From the NCBI GenBank assembly GCA_039621445.1, contig CP154954.1:41161572-41225571 (forward strand): a stretch of 64,000 nucleotides of DNA, in the 5' to 3' direction. The notes under the pieces were generated by a model. It saw only the letters and a program-made list of their open reading frames with translations. It did no database searches and was not told the DNA's origin. Source of the DNA: Euglena gracilis. Taxonomy: Eukaryota. Each line of letters starts with the position of its first letter. Position 1 is the stretch's first letter. The translations under genes were made by a program, and so were the position numbers. Positions 40,494-55,496 of this stretch are shown in pieces.

Positions 40494-42942
40494 CCATGCC
40501 GGCAGCCACCTACACCACACCCGCGGATGCGGTGCGCAATGGGGGGTTGAGAGTTACTGAGTTAGAGTTCACCATTCTGGGGTGATAATTCCAACCCACG
40601 TACATCAGAAAAAGTGAAATTGACTGTCTCCACTCCGCCGGACGGCAAATACCTGTGCATAGATGTGGTGCCCGCCATTCAAATCTGCATGCTGGGGTTC
40701 CCAGTGAAGGAGAAGCACCACATCACAGCAATGGGTGTAGGCCATCACACCACATTCATGAATGTAACCCCCCCCAAAAAATAAGCCCCCCCCCATAAAT
40801 AAGACCCTTCCTGGCTGGTCCGAGCAAAAATCCATGAAATGAACCCCCCCATAAATAGACCCCCCCCCCTGCCGGCGCGAAGCGCTGGATTTTTGAAAAA
40901 ATGGGGCATTTTGGGGGATATATCTGCCATTTTGGAACAATTTTCACACAACTCAGCATATTTTCTCCTATTGTCTGGCACGAAGCGCCGAATTCTTCGA
41001 CAATTGGTATTTTGGGGGTCGTTTTTTTGGACATTTTGGGGTGTCCAAAAACTTTTCCAGCAAAAATCAATAAAATAGACCCCCCCCCATGAATAAGACC
41101 CCCCTCGGGCTTTCCAGCAACCGACCCATAAATTCCTATTATATATATATATATATTAATCCTATTATGGGGGGTTTAGGTGTAGTCATCCCACCCCCAA
41201 TCCCACACCACAAACAGACGCATTCCACCCAACAAATAGACCCAAGCCCATTGCTTATCAATCTGCGGGTGGACACGCACCGTACTGGGCCTCACTGGGC
41301 AAACAATACCAATATTTCCGTCCAAATATCAGGAACCTCTAACACAATACGCAACCCAGCCCATGATGCAACCGTCAATAGGGCCAAACGGAATGCCGGC
41401 ACCCCACTCAACAACCAGGGTGCTAACCAGGAAGTTTCATTTTCTTGCAAGGAAAAAAATGCCAGGACAGTGCCACCAGCTATGGCACTTGATCCTTCTA
41501 AAATGAAGATCTGTAACCAAATGCGGATTAACTGTTGGCCACAGTTAATCCGCATTAATCTGTTAATCCGCCACAGTTTATTCGCATCCGCCACGAGAGG
41601 CACAGCCCTCTCGTGGTGGGAACTTCAAATCCTTCAGAATTCTGGCACTTCCAATCCTGGCAAACTCACAATTTCACGCATTGGGGGAAGGATATGAAAA
41701 TCCAATGTGGTCCAAAAGGCTGCCCCTGGACTCGCTGGCACTGGTTCAGTTGGATTTACCTCAAAACCGAAGGGCTTTTCAACCCTGCAGGAATCCAGCT
41801 CGTAAATTCGAAAATTTGGGCCGGCTGGAAAAAGCTGGGCTGACCCCATAGTTGGGCTCGAAGAGGGTTAAAAAAAAATTGTGTTTCTTGTTTGTTTTGT
41901 GTTCAGTTTCGAAAAAAATGCCCCCAAAAACTGCCAGTTATACAAAAAAAAACCCGAAAATTGCCTGGGTGGCCTTTCACAAGCCACTTTTTGCCCATTT
42001 GGCCGACTTTTTGCACCTCGAAAGCAAGAAATGTGTTGCCGTCCATCCAGACATCCTTGGAAAATAAACAAAATTTGTCAATGGGGGAGGGGTGTCCGAG
42101 GCTGGAAAAAAGGCTGCGCTTAAGCAACGGCCCACCATCCAAAGTGCCAAAAAAAGGGGTGAACTTGACCATACAATTTTCGCCCTTGGACAGCCTTTTC
42201 ACCTGAGGGAGGTCCTTGAGGAGCTGGGTCCTGGGCAAAAAAAATGCAGTTCCAGGGTTTCCGGTCAGCCCTGGGCCTCCCCGAAGACTTTCTTCGCCTT
42301 CAGGCTGCCCTTCTTCTCAATCCCCTCCAAGAACTTGGGGAGAGGGCCCCCGCCTCGGAAGGCTGGCCAGCCCCCCCCACCCCCCCCACCTATCCGCAGC
42401 TGCAGGCAAGAACGTGAGGGCCTCCCCCTGAAAAAGGCGACCTGACCCTGTCCCCCCCCCACCACCACTGGGTTGGCTGATGGGGGGGGGGGGGGGTGCC
42501 CATAGCGGTCCGCGGCCCCGCCTTCGGGACCCACAGCCATTTCAAAGTGTCCGCCGGGGTCCAACCCAAACCCCACCTCCCCCACCTCCAGCGGGAGGGG
42601 GCCCTCCGCGGAGCCCATCAGCGCGGTGCAGAATGCCGGGACGGTCAGCGCGTCCCCGGCGGCCAGCGGGTGCAGCGCCTCCAGCAGCTTCTTGTCCCAG
42701 TCGGCAGGGGTGTCGAGGCCGGTGTGCTCATACAGGTCGACTGTCGGCCCGCCGGTGCCCAGGGGTTCCCCACGTCCCCAGCCCCACAGGTGTGTGTACC
42801 CACACCGCTGCATGAAAGCCTTGTGTCATGTGCCATAAGTGGGGGTTGGGCCTGTATGGCCGGGCACCGAGGTTGTCTTTTATTTGTAAACAGGGGGCAG
42901 CCCAGACGCACCACACCACACCGCACCGCGCTGCATCGCACC

Positions 42943-43414
42943 CAGGGATGGATGGGAAGCCTTGAGGGGGGGGGTCGGACCCCCCCCCTCCTACATCGAA
43001 ACTGAGGAGGGGCCGAAAATTTTTCGATTTCATGGACGGGCAAAGGGCCGGAAATCGGGTCGAAATCGGTCAAAAATCCGTGATTTTTTTTTGAAAATCG
43101 ATCCAAAAATGCTCATTTTTTGAAAATTTTTGAACATTTTTTGGGGGGAAAAACACCAACACATCAAAAAATGGGCAATATGTCCAAAAGTCAGCAAAAG
43201 GGGTATTTTTTGCTCATTTTCCGGCGCGCAGCACCGGAAGAAAAATTTCTGCTATTTTTGGCACCTGTCAAGGAGGAGGGGTGGGGGTCTGGACCCCCCT
43301 CCCAACATCTAGGGGGTGGGGGTCCGGACCCCCCCCCTACCACCTTACCCCCCTAGGGGGGGGGGACCTCCCTACCATTTACCTCAATACCGAAGGGCTT
43401 CCCATCCATCCCTG
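42943..43414. mobile_element. hAT-like MITE
   Basis: TIR CAGGGATGGATGGGAAGCC; 8-bp TSD atcgcacc; second copy at 63397-63940. Confidence 0.9.
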
Positions 43415-43664
43415 ATCGCACCATACTTGTGGTCAATCACGGGAGGTTTGGCGGCCAGAGGTCAGGTGGTTGGTTGGGTGTCTGACCCTGGCCCAACCAA
43501 AAAAAAAACTATTTTGGCCCACGGCCCGAACATTTTCATCTTGTGGCCCCCTGCACATCATTTTGATGGCCTTGGCCGACCCAGCAGCAACTACCTTCTG
43601 GCGTTGCATTGCGCGCTTTGCATTCCTGGATCTGCATTTTGTAGTGTGGTGTGGTGTGGTGTCT

Positions 43665-44070
<406 letters not shown>

Positions 44071-44359
44071 ATGTGGTGTGGTGCAGTGCGGCGCGATGAG
44101 GTGCAGTGCAGTTAGGAAATCATTTAGGGGCCCAGTTGTCACGGAACAAAGGCGGCCCAAGCCTTCCACGATGGCCACAGCCTCCTTCACGGACATCTCC
44201 TTTCGCTTCTCCACACCATACTTCTCAAACGACTTCTGCAGGTACTTGCTGATGGATGAGCCGCTGTGCAAGTCGGCCCCAGGGCAGAATGTGGGGACTC
44301 AAAGCACTCATGCCCAAAGCCGAGGCCACACAACATGGAGTAACACGCCATGTTGGGAG

Positions 44360-44525
44360 GAGGGGTTTTTTTAAGACCGGGGGGCGGTGGGATATACTTT
44401 TCGGCACCGAAAATTTTGAAAGAAGAGCTATTTTTAGCATTTTTCGCAATTTTGGGCACTTTCAGGGAAATTTGAGTGGATCCCCTAGGACCCCCCCCCC
44501 GGGTCCAAGGATAAAAAAACCCCTG
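44360..44525. mobile_element. hAT-like MITE in the first intron of the truncated paralogue
   Basis: Termini gaggggtttttt / aaaaaaacccctg; 8-bp TSD gttgggag. Confidence 0.75.
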
Positions 44526-44628
44526 GTTGGGAGGAGGGAGACCATTGATGCAGCCCTGCCTCAAGTCAGCCAGCGACATTGTGCGCAGCGGAGGGCGGCC
44601 CAAACGAAGCCGGGTTTAACGTCGATGT

Positions 44629-44648
44629 CTGAGAAGAGGAAGGCGGGA
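44629..44648 (-). promoter_or_regulatory. Candidate spliced-leader acceptor (paralogue)
   Basis: cccgccttcctcttctcAG, ~50 nt upstream of ATG 44579. Confidence 0.45.
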
Positions 44649-46487
44649 TGGATGGGGGGTGGGGAGGGAGGGTTTTGAACTGGCTCCCAGGCAACAGCGT
44701 AGCACAGGATGCAAAACTGACGGTGCTGCATTTCTTTAATGTCCGGTTCCTCAGACCCAAATCTCTCTGATTCCCAGAACGTGGAGAGGCAGGACCAAAG
44801 TGGTTCAAAAGCACCCCCCCCCACAGAGGGTGGGAGGCATGGATACTTGCTGAGGACCCCAGCAATGATTACATTGATTTGCGGACGACAACATTTCTGC
44901 ATTCCTGGGATTGTTTCACTCTGAGAGTGCTGGATTTCCAGGCTGACTCTCCGGCTGGGTGTTGTGGAAACAAGGCAGAAACAAAAGGGAATGGCCCCAC
45001 AAAAAAGAAGCAGGAAATTGTCGCAGAGGCATAACACAATTGAATCCTACTGTCTTCAACACCTACGACGTCAACAGAAAATACCCGCAGCCACTTACAC
45101 CAAACTTCACCTCCGACGGAAGCGGCAGAGCAAGGAAGAATGCGACGGACATCCATGCGCAACAGTACACTACACCGTACAGCAGAACTGTTCACTGTCC
45201 CCCTCCCTGCCCCTCTCATTTTCCCTTTCCTCCCTCTGGTGAAGGGAGCCGATGGCAAGAGGGGTTGGGGACATGGCTGGACGGGAAGGTTTGGTGTCGG
45301 ACCCCCCCCCCACCAACCAACACACTGCGAGGGAACTTTCCTTTGGCGCCGAAAGCTTTGAAGAAAAAAGTTTTGACGTGGAATTCGCCGCCCCTGGAGA
45401 GAAAAAAAAATGGGAAGGGGGGCCCACCAACCACGATGACAGGATGATGGCAGGGAGGGGGGGTGCCTACCCTCCACAGGGTTTCTGGGTTTCTCGTCCA
45501 ACTCTGGCTGGGGCACGGGTGGCACGGGATGTCGCCGCGGGAGGGGCAACAACACCCCACCGGGGTGGGTCTGGGTCTGGGAAGGCCACACAGTGCCGGC
45601 TACGGACGCAGGCCAATCATGAAAACAGCTGCCAGCGCACGCCTGCCTAGATCGGTGGCACAGGGCGAGGAGGCCCCCAACCCCATCCTATCCCCACAAC
45701 CCTCATGGTTCCACATTGCACAACAATGGCAGTGAAGAAAAGGAACAGTGCCGGGAAAAAATCCGGAACTTCAAAATATCCGTCTTTTTTGACAAGCAGC
45801 CAACAATGAAGACCACTCAGACCCTGTGATGCCTGGCCTCTTAGGGTGGGTGGGTGGGCCAGGTTGATTCTCAAAATGGATGGCTGGGGTCAGGCCTTCA
45901 TCCCTTTAGATACACTTCATCCCCCTGGGGGTGTGACAAAATCAGTCCAGAGCCAGAGGCAGACGTTTTCAAACAAAACATCACACGGTTTCCAGCAGCA
46001 GGCTGGGGTACCAGCTTGGCCTGGTCATGTCTGCGGCCACGCAATGGCGGTGGCGCTATGGCTGGGGCTGTGGGCTGTGCGTTTGTGTGTTGTGCAATGG
46101 AGGCAGGCCCCACATGGGTCGAGGAAGTGCCCCCCCACCCAACCTGCGGCACACACCGGTGCCTAGGGGAGAGGAGCAGACCCCCCACAGTGGTGCCCAC
46201 GTCGGACGTCCTGGGGACAGAGGCAGGGGCTAAGCAAGCCAAACGCCGGTGGCCAGAGGTGGCCAGGAAGGATATAACTTGCCCAGGTCGGAAGACGGCG
46301 GTCCTGTTGGTGCCAGGGCACGGCGCGGGCTGGGGCCACGGCCGCGAGATGCCGCCTGCGTGTTGCCTTGGCGAGGACTCCGGGCTGGTGCGAAATTGTT
46401 GCAACGGTCTGTGGACACAGGCAAGGGATTCCGGACAAGGTTGACAGGGTGTTCTGCCTGTAAAGTCAGCTGTTAGGTCACACACCC

Positions 46488-49400
46488 CACCCACCCACAC
46501 CCACACCCACACCCACACCCACACCCACACCCACACCCACACCCACACCCACACCCACACCCACACCCACACCCACACCCACACCCACACCCACACCCAC
46601 ACCCACACCCACACCCACACCCCCACCCACACCCACACCCACACCCACACCCACACCCACACCCACACCCACACCCACACCCACACCCACACCCACACCC
46701 ACACCCACACCCATCTCGGCAGACTTCGGCTCATCGCCCCTCTAACCTCCAACACAACGCTTCAATCAGAGTGCTCCACTTCACGTGTTCTTGTGTATGT
46801 CTGTAGCTCATGTATCCTCTTCCCCCCCCTATTCATCTACCATTGCTATGTCAAGCACCAAGGGCATTCCACTTGCTCATTAACGTCTGCCATGGTGTGC
46901 TATACACACTGTAATGTACCCTCTGCAAGGCGATTTTATCGATTGTATCGTTTTGGTTGGTGCTGCCCCCTTTCCACCCTGGTCCGACGGGAGTGGTTGT
47001 GCTGTTTGGGTTGCCCCTTTCTGCTCTCGTCTGGTAGGGCTGAGTGTGTGCTTGAGTTGTTTGTGCTGCCCCCTTTCCGCTCTCGTCCGGTAGGGCTGAG
47101 CGTGTGCTTGTGTTGTTCGTGTTGCCCCCTTCCCGCTCTCGTCCGGTAGGGCTGAGCGTGTGCTTGTGTTGTTCGTGTTGCCCCCTTCCCGCTCTCTCCG
47201 GTAGGGCTGAGCGTGTGCTTGTGTTGTCAGTGCTGCCCCCCTTCCCGTTCTCGTACGGTTGCTTGTGTTGTTAGTGCAACGTCCTTCCCCTGATGTCTTG
47301 TTCCATGCCAATGATGCTCTTATTGGTTAGATATTACCCTCCCCCCCCCTATGTCCAACGACTAGTAACCTCTGTCCTCCGACCGGGGGGGGGTGGTCGT
47401 TGGACATAGGGTAGTGACCAAAAGGTGTCCTCTGACCGGGGGGGGGGGGGTGGTCGTTGGACAAGGGGTCAAAATAAATGTTGGCGGGTAATCGGGACCC
47501 CACCCCCCAAATAAGGTCAAATTTTCCCTTCCAGCGCTTTGCGCCGAAAATTTTGGGCAATTTTGACAAGTTTTTGTCCAAAAAAGTGCCAAAAATGGCA
47601 TTTTGGCCAATTTTTGACCGATTTGGGGCACAAAAAAATTTGGCCCGGCGCGGACCAAAATTTTTGCCAAACCTCCAAAAAGGTGTCCTCTGACCGGGGG
47701 GGTGGTCGTTGGACATAGGGGGGTCGTTGGACATAGGGGGGGGGGGGGTACTATCCTTGAATTGTTATTTTTTATTTATTTATTTATTTTCATTTTCCTC
47801 CCTTCCCGCAATAAATGCTAAATAAGCCCCTTTCGCGTTGCCTGTACCCGCCCAGGCTCACCAAACCAAACCAAACCATGCCCCAAATCACAGTGGGGTG
47901 ATTGGAACCTTTGTCTACGGTTGTGTGTTCAGAATGCCAGAGATAAAATGGAAAGAAAAATACCACACATGCAATTGCATCTGTCTTTGAAAATCATTCC
48001 TGGAGAAATCAAACTCCTTTTCATTTGACACTGTCCCAATTAAATGCGGTCAGACGCCGATTTTTTTGCTTTTCAAACAACATTACTTAACCTGCATTAC
48101 TTCATCACACTCATAATTTTTATGGTAAACAGGAGTGCAATGCAAACCCTTTGTGATCCACCCACACCCACACCCACACCCACACCCACACCCACACCCA
48201 CACCCACACCCACACCCACACCCACACCCACACCCACACCCACACCCACACCCACACCCACACCCACACCCACACCCACACCCACACCCACACCCACACC
48301 CACCACCACACCCACACCCACACCCACACCCACACCCACACCCACACCCACACCCACACCCACACCCACACCCACACCCACACCCACCCCCACACCCATC
48401 TCGGCAGACTTCGGCTCATCGCCCCTCTAACCTCCAACACAACGCTTCAATCAGAGTGCTCCACTTCACGTGTTCTTGTGTATGTCTGTAGCTCATGTAT
48501 CCTCTTCCCCCCCTATTCATCTACCATTGCTATGTCAAGCACCAAGGGCATTCCACTTTGCTCATTAACGTCTGCCATGGTGTGCTATACACACTGTAAT
48601 GTACCCTCTGCAAGGCGATTTTATCGATTGTATCGTTTTGGTTGGTGCTGCCCCCTTTCCACCCTGGTCCGACGGGAGTGGTTGTGCTGTTTGGGTTGCC
48701 CCTTTCTGCTCTCGTCTGGTAGGGCTGAGTGTGTGCTTGAGTTGTTTGTGCTGCCCCCTTTCCGCTCTCGTCCGGTAGGGCTGAGCGTGTGCTTGTGTTG
48801 TTCGTGTTGCCCCCTTCCCGCTCTCGTCCGGTAGGGCTGAGCGTGTGCTTGTGTTGTTCGTGTTGCCCCCTTCCCGCTCTCTCCGGTAGGGCTGAGCGTG
48901 TGCTTGTGTTGTCAGTGCTGCCCCCCTTCCCGTTCTCGTACGGTTGCTTGTGTTGTTAGTGCAACGTCCTTCCCCTGATGTCTTGTTCCATGCCAATGAT
49001 GCTCTTATTGGTTAGATATTACCCTCCCCCCCCCTATGTCCAACGACTAGTAACCTCTGTCCTCCGACCGGGGGGGGGGGGGGGGGGGCGTTGGACATAG
49101 GGTAGTGACCAAAAGGTGTCCTCTGACCGGGGGGGGGGGGGGTGGTCGTTGGACAAGGGGTCAAAATAAATGTTGGCGGGTAATCGGGACCCCACCCCCC
49201 AAATAAGGTCAAATTTTCCCTTCCAGCGCTTTGCGCCGAAAATTTTGGGCAATTTTGACAAGTTTTTGTCCAAAAAAGTGCCAAAAATGGCATTTTGGCC
49301 AATTTTTGACCGATTTGGGGCACAAAAAAATTTGGCCCGGCGCGGACCAAAATTTTTGCCAAACCTCCAAAAAGGTGTCCTCTGACCGGGGGGGTGGTCG

Positions 49401-51855
49401 TTGGACATAGGGGGGTCGTTGGACATAGGGGGGGGGGGTACTATCCTTGAATTGTTATTTTTTATTTATTTATTTTCATTTTCCTCCCTTCCCGCAATAA
49501 ATGCTAAATAAGCCCCTTTCGCGTTGCCTGTACCCGCCCAGGCTCACCAAACCAAACCAAACCATGCCCCAAATCACAGTGGGGTGATTGGAACCTTTGT
49601 CTACGGTTGTGTGTTCAGAATGCCAGAGATAAAATGGAAAGAAAAATACCACACATGCAATTGCATCTGTCTTTGAAAATCATTCCTGGAGAAATCAAAC
49701 TCCTTTTCATTTGACACTGTCCCAATTAAATGCGGTCAGACGCCGATTTTTTTGCTTTTCAAACAACATTACTTAACCTGCATTACTTCATCACACTCAT
49801 AATTTTTATGGTAAACAGGAGTGCAATGCAAACCCTTTGTGATCCACCCACACCCACACCCACACCCACACCCACACCCACACCCACACCCACACCCACA
49901 CCCACACCCACACCCACACCCACACCCACACCCACACCCACACCCACACCCACACCCACACCGACACCCACACCCACACCCACACCCACACCCACACCCA
50001 CACCCACACCAACACCCACACCCACACCCACACCCACACCCATCTCGGCAGACTTCGGCTCATCGCCCCTCTAACCTCCAACACAACGCTTCAATCAGAG
50101 TGCTCCACTTCACGTGTTCTTGTGTATGTCTGTAGCTCATGTATCCTCTTCCCCCCCTATTCATCTACCATTGCTATGTCAAGCACCAAGGGCATTCCAC
50201 TTGCTCATTAACGTCTGCCATGGTGTGCTATACACACTGTAATGTACCCTCTGCAAGGCGATTTTATCGATTGTATCCCCCTTTCCCCTCTGGCTGGTGG
50301 TGCCCCCTGCTCGCTTGTGCTGGCCCTTTCCCGCTGAGGGCCCCCCTCTGCTGGTGTTGCTGCCCCTTCCCTCCTGCCCGCGTGTCCGGTAGGCGTGCTT
50401 GTGTTGTGTTTGTTGTTGCCCCCTTCCCGCTCTCCCGGCCTGAGCCCCCCCCCCCCCCCCCTTGTGCGCTGCTTCCCCCATGCCACCATGCTACCCCCAA
50501 CCCAGCCTTCCCCATAGATAACCCTCCCCTCCGGTCCAACGCCCAAACCTCTGTCCTCCCCCCCAAATTGCTGGACCCTCCACCCCCCCAAAAGGTCCTT
50601 TCCCCTTCCACCCCACGCCCCAAATGACCACCCCGATCACAAAACAAATTTTGGCCTCCCCCAAAAACAGCCAAAGCTGCACAAAAAAAGGTGCTTTACA
50701 ATTTTTCGATTTGGGGGCGTTGGACAGGGGGTTGTGCTGGGTTGTTCTGCTCTCGTCTGGTAGGGCTGAGTGTGTGCTTGAGTTGTTTGTGCTGCCCCCT
50801 TTCCGCTCTCGTCCGGTAGGGCTGAGCGTGTGCTTGTGTTGTTCGTGTTGCCCCCTTCCCGCTCTCGTCCGGTAGGGCTGAGCGTGTGCTTGTGTTGTTC
50901 GTGTTGCCCCCTTCCCGCTCTCTCCGGTAGGGCTGAGCGTGTGCTTGTGTTGTCAGTGCTGCCCCCCTTCCCGTTCTCGTACGGTTGCTTGTGTTGTTAG
51001 TGCAACTGTCCCAATTAAATGCGGTCAGACGCCGATTTTTTGCTTTTCCAATGATGCTCTTATTGGTTAGATATTACCCTCCCCCCCCCTATGTCCAACG
51101 ACTAGTAACCTCTGTCCTCCGACCGGGGGGGGGTGGTCGTTGGACATAGGGTAGTGACCAAAAGGTGTCCTCTGACCGGGGGGGGGGGGGTGGTCGTTGG
51201 ACAAGGGGTCAAAATAAATGTTGGCGGGTAATCGGGACCCCACCCCCCAAATAAGGTCAAATTTTCCCTTCCAGCGCTTTGCGCCGAAAATTTTGGGCAA
51301 TTTTGACAAATTTTTGTCCAAAAAGTGCCAAAAATGGCATTTTGGCCAATTTTTGACCGATTTGGGGCACAAAAAAATTTGGCCCGGCGCGGACCAAAAT
51401 TTTTGCCAAACCTCCAAAAAGGTGTCCTCTGACCGGGGGGGTGGTCGTTGGACATAGGGGGGTCGTTGGACATAGGGGGGGGGGGGTACTATCCTTGAAT
51501 TGTTATTTTTTTATTTATTTATTTTCATTTTCCTCCCTTCCCGCAATAAATGCTAAATAAGCCCCTTTCGCGTTGCCTGTACCCGCCCAGGCTCACCAAA
51601 CCAAACCAAACCATGCCCCAAATCACAGTGGGGTGATTGGAACCTTTGTCTACGGTTGTGTGTTCAGAATGCCAGGGATAAAATGGAAAGAAAAATACCA
51701 CACATGCAATTGCATCTGTCTTTGAAAATCATTCCTGGAGAAATCAAACTCCTTTTCATTTGACACTGTCCCAATTAAATGCGGTCAGACGCCGATTTTT
51801 TTGCTTTTCAAACAACATTACTTAACCTGCATTACTTCATCACACTCATAATTTT
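46488..51855. repeat. Near-identical tandem triplication of a ~1.65-1.7-kb unit: (CACACC)n array, ~55-bp minisatellite and a TA-flanked MITE
   Basis: The anchor ccatctcggcagacttcggc recurs at 46711, 48397 and 50040; the third unit is interrupted at ~50277-50745. Confidence 0.9.
47336..47748. mobile_element. TA-flanked MITE with CCCCCTATGTCCAACGAC TIRs (copies ~49022-49438, ~51077-51486, ~51858-52245, ~61358-61768)
   Basis: Inverted termini tatgtccaacgac / gtcgttggacata with poly-C/G ends. Confidence 0.75.
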
Positions 51856-52678
51856 TACCCCCCCCCCTATGTCCAACGACCAGTAACCTCTGTCCTCCGA
51901 CCGGGGGGGTGGTCGTTGGACATAGGGTGGTGACCAAAAAGGTGTCCTCTGACCGGGGGGGTGGTCGTTGGACATGGGGTCAAAAAAAAGTTGGTGGGCA
52001 CCCGGGTCCCTACCCACCCAAAAATGCCCCAATTTTCCCTTCCGGCGCTTCGCGCCGAAAATTTTGGGCAATTTTGACAAATTTTTGTCCAAAAAGTGTC
52101 AAAAATGGCATTTTGGCCAAATTTTTGGCCAATTTTTGGAAAAAATTTTTCGTCCCGGCGCTTCGCGCCGGGACCAAAAATTTGGTCAAACCTCCGAAAA
52201 GGTGTCCTCCGACCGGGGGGGTGGTCATTGGACATAGGGGGGTCGTTGTGTGTGTGTTGTGTGTGGTGGTGAAAACCCGGCCGACACCCACACCCACACC
52301 CACACCCACACCCACACCCACACCCACACCCACACCCACACCCACACCCACACCCACACCCACACCCACACCCACATACCCACACACACGTATACAAATA
52401 CACACACAAAACACACACCCACACATGACCCATTGTCAACAACAAAGAGAGATGGGAGGCTCTCTTCCCTGACTGGGATTGAAAAGGGTGTGTGTGTGTG
52501 TGTGTGTGCAGCGCGTGTGGCAAAGGGCCAGAGGCCAAAGCGGCATGGTTGCAGCCAAAGGGAGGGAAGCGGAGGCGGCCAGGAGTGACACTGGGGTGTG
52601 ACATATGCGTGGTGGCATATGCAGGGGCTGCCATGCTGGGTGAACAACCGAGCGACGTGGCTCTGCAGTCAGTTGGGA

Positions 52679-53555
<877 letters not shown>

Positions 53556-54761
53556 GTTGAATGGTATTTATGGCACCTGTCTGGAGTTTGGTGAGGGCAG
53601 TCCGCAGCCTGCATGGGCAGGACTGTCTGTCATGATGTTGGGTTGCCTGCTATGTCCTCCATTGCACAAAGTGCCAAACCCCTGCAGAGATATCGTTAAT
53701 GCACAACCCCCTTCTTTATGCACAAAGACTTAGGCGGCGTAAAATTGCCCATGAAAAAAATTGACTGAAATGTCACCCAGAACCCCGTAAAAATGTTCTG
53801 AAAAACAACCAAAATTTTCGAATTGCACTACACGTCAAAAATTTTTCACGTTTATGATGACAGAATAGATGAAGCAGAAAACCACTTCGATGATTTTTAA
53901 TTTTCTTTTTAGAAGAAACATAAAACAAATACCCCCCCCCTATTTGAAGCGCAGGTGCGCTTATAGCGGACCTTCATCTCCAAAACAGGGAGGTGCGCTT
54001 CTATTTGGACCCTCCCTTTCTGATTTTTGTTTATTTTCTTCAGAATCACCATCAAAATGACCCCGCGCTTGTAGGGGCTCCGTGCTTCTATTAGGGGGGG
54101 GGGGGGCGGGTTTACGCAACAGCAAAATGTTGCAGAAAATATAGATTTATGGACAACCAACGACCTACAACAACTGTCTTGGAAACAAACAGATACATAA
54201 TGGGAATATATATGTGCAAATGCTTGTATACACCAAACACGCAAATATAAGAACAAAAATAAAGTCACATGCACAATGGAGCGGAATACCGCTTCATCAA
54301 TGCAGATAGTTGTGACATTACATAAAGCACAGCACAGTCAGAACTAGCAGAAACACAGGTACAATTTACGCTTTACAGAATTAAGCTGTCCATTATACTT
54401 AATGTCACTCGCGAGCTACATAACTGTTTACCGGTAGCATGTACTATGAACAGAACAACAATCGTATTGTTGTTATCTAAATGCAGGAATGAGGAAACAG
54501 TGGTGGACCGAAGGCGAAAATCATCCACCACAAATCATGCATGTATCTCAGCCTTCAGTACAATACATCCGCTGAGTTCATCGAGTCCATGAGAAGTCCT
54601 CTGCAAACATGACCTTGGCGGAGTTCTTATCACCAAATGTTGTGGTGGAAGAAATAGTTTTATGTTGCAAAAAGAATAAAATGAAGTGGAAAACCGCTTC
54701 ACCTACGACTTGAATCTCAATGATCTTTGTTCATACCGAGTGATGTGACCACAAAATACTA

Positions 54762-55496
54762 CAATGCATCTCAAGGTTATTCACGTGGCACCGTTTCAAG
54801 GTTTTCACGTGGGTTAAAAAATAAAAAATTCTGTTTCTGTGGGATGACGTCCAAATGACAGGCAAAGCAGCACATGGGGTGACAAATATCGCTTGGCACA
54901 CTCCCCTGGTGCCTCTTATGTTGTTTAATCGCGGGTGTGCAGGCTCTTGGCCACCTGCACAGCCGTCAAACGACGGACCATGCTGCCATACAGATTTGGG
55001 ACCAGGTAGGAGGGGCCTGGAACCACTCCCGTTGGAGAGCTGTCCACAGCTCATCACAGGACGAAAAGCGCTTCCCAACAAGGCGGGAAGCAAGCCAAGC
55101 CCAGCAGTGTTCCACTGGATTTAAACCGGGGGACTGCGGAGGCCAGGGGGTCAGCAAATTTACACGGTTCCTACTCAAAAAGTTCATGGTGGAACGGCTG
55201 GTGTGGGGAGCCCTGGCTATTGCTGTGGCAAACGGTCGCGGGACAAGTGCGGCATACGCCAGCACCTCTGCCCGGACACGCCGCCTAAGCTCACCGAAAG
55301 CGTGAGATCTGGTCATTGTGTGACTGGGGAAGGAACAGGAACCACAAGGCACAAAATATAAGTATTTTGGGACTGCAGGTTCAGCTTCCTGCCAACAGAA
55401 AGTGACCGCCACAAATTTTTTCGGTTTTTCATTTTTTTAAACCCACGTGAAAAACCTCAAAACGGTGCCACGTGAATAACCTTGAGAGACGTAGTG
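54762..55496 (-). mobile_element. Tc1/mariner (IS630-Tc1) deletion derivative with a transposase C-terminal fragment
   Basis: ~70-bp TIR (tctcaaggttattcacgtggcaccgttt...); TA flanks; WPPQSPGLNPVEHCW resembles the Tc1 motif WPxxSPDLNPIE. Confidence 0.85.

Noticed and set aside
47030-47250. CRISPR-like ~55-bp repeats
   Set aside because: Head-to-tail minisatellite without spacers.
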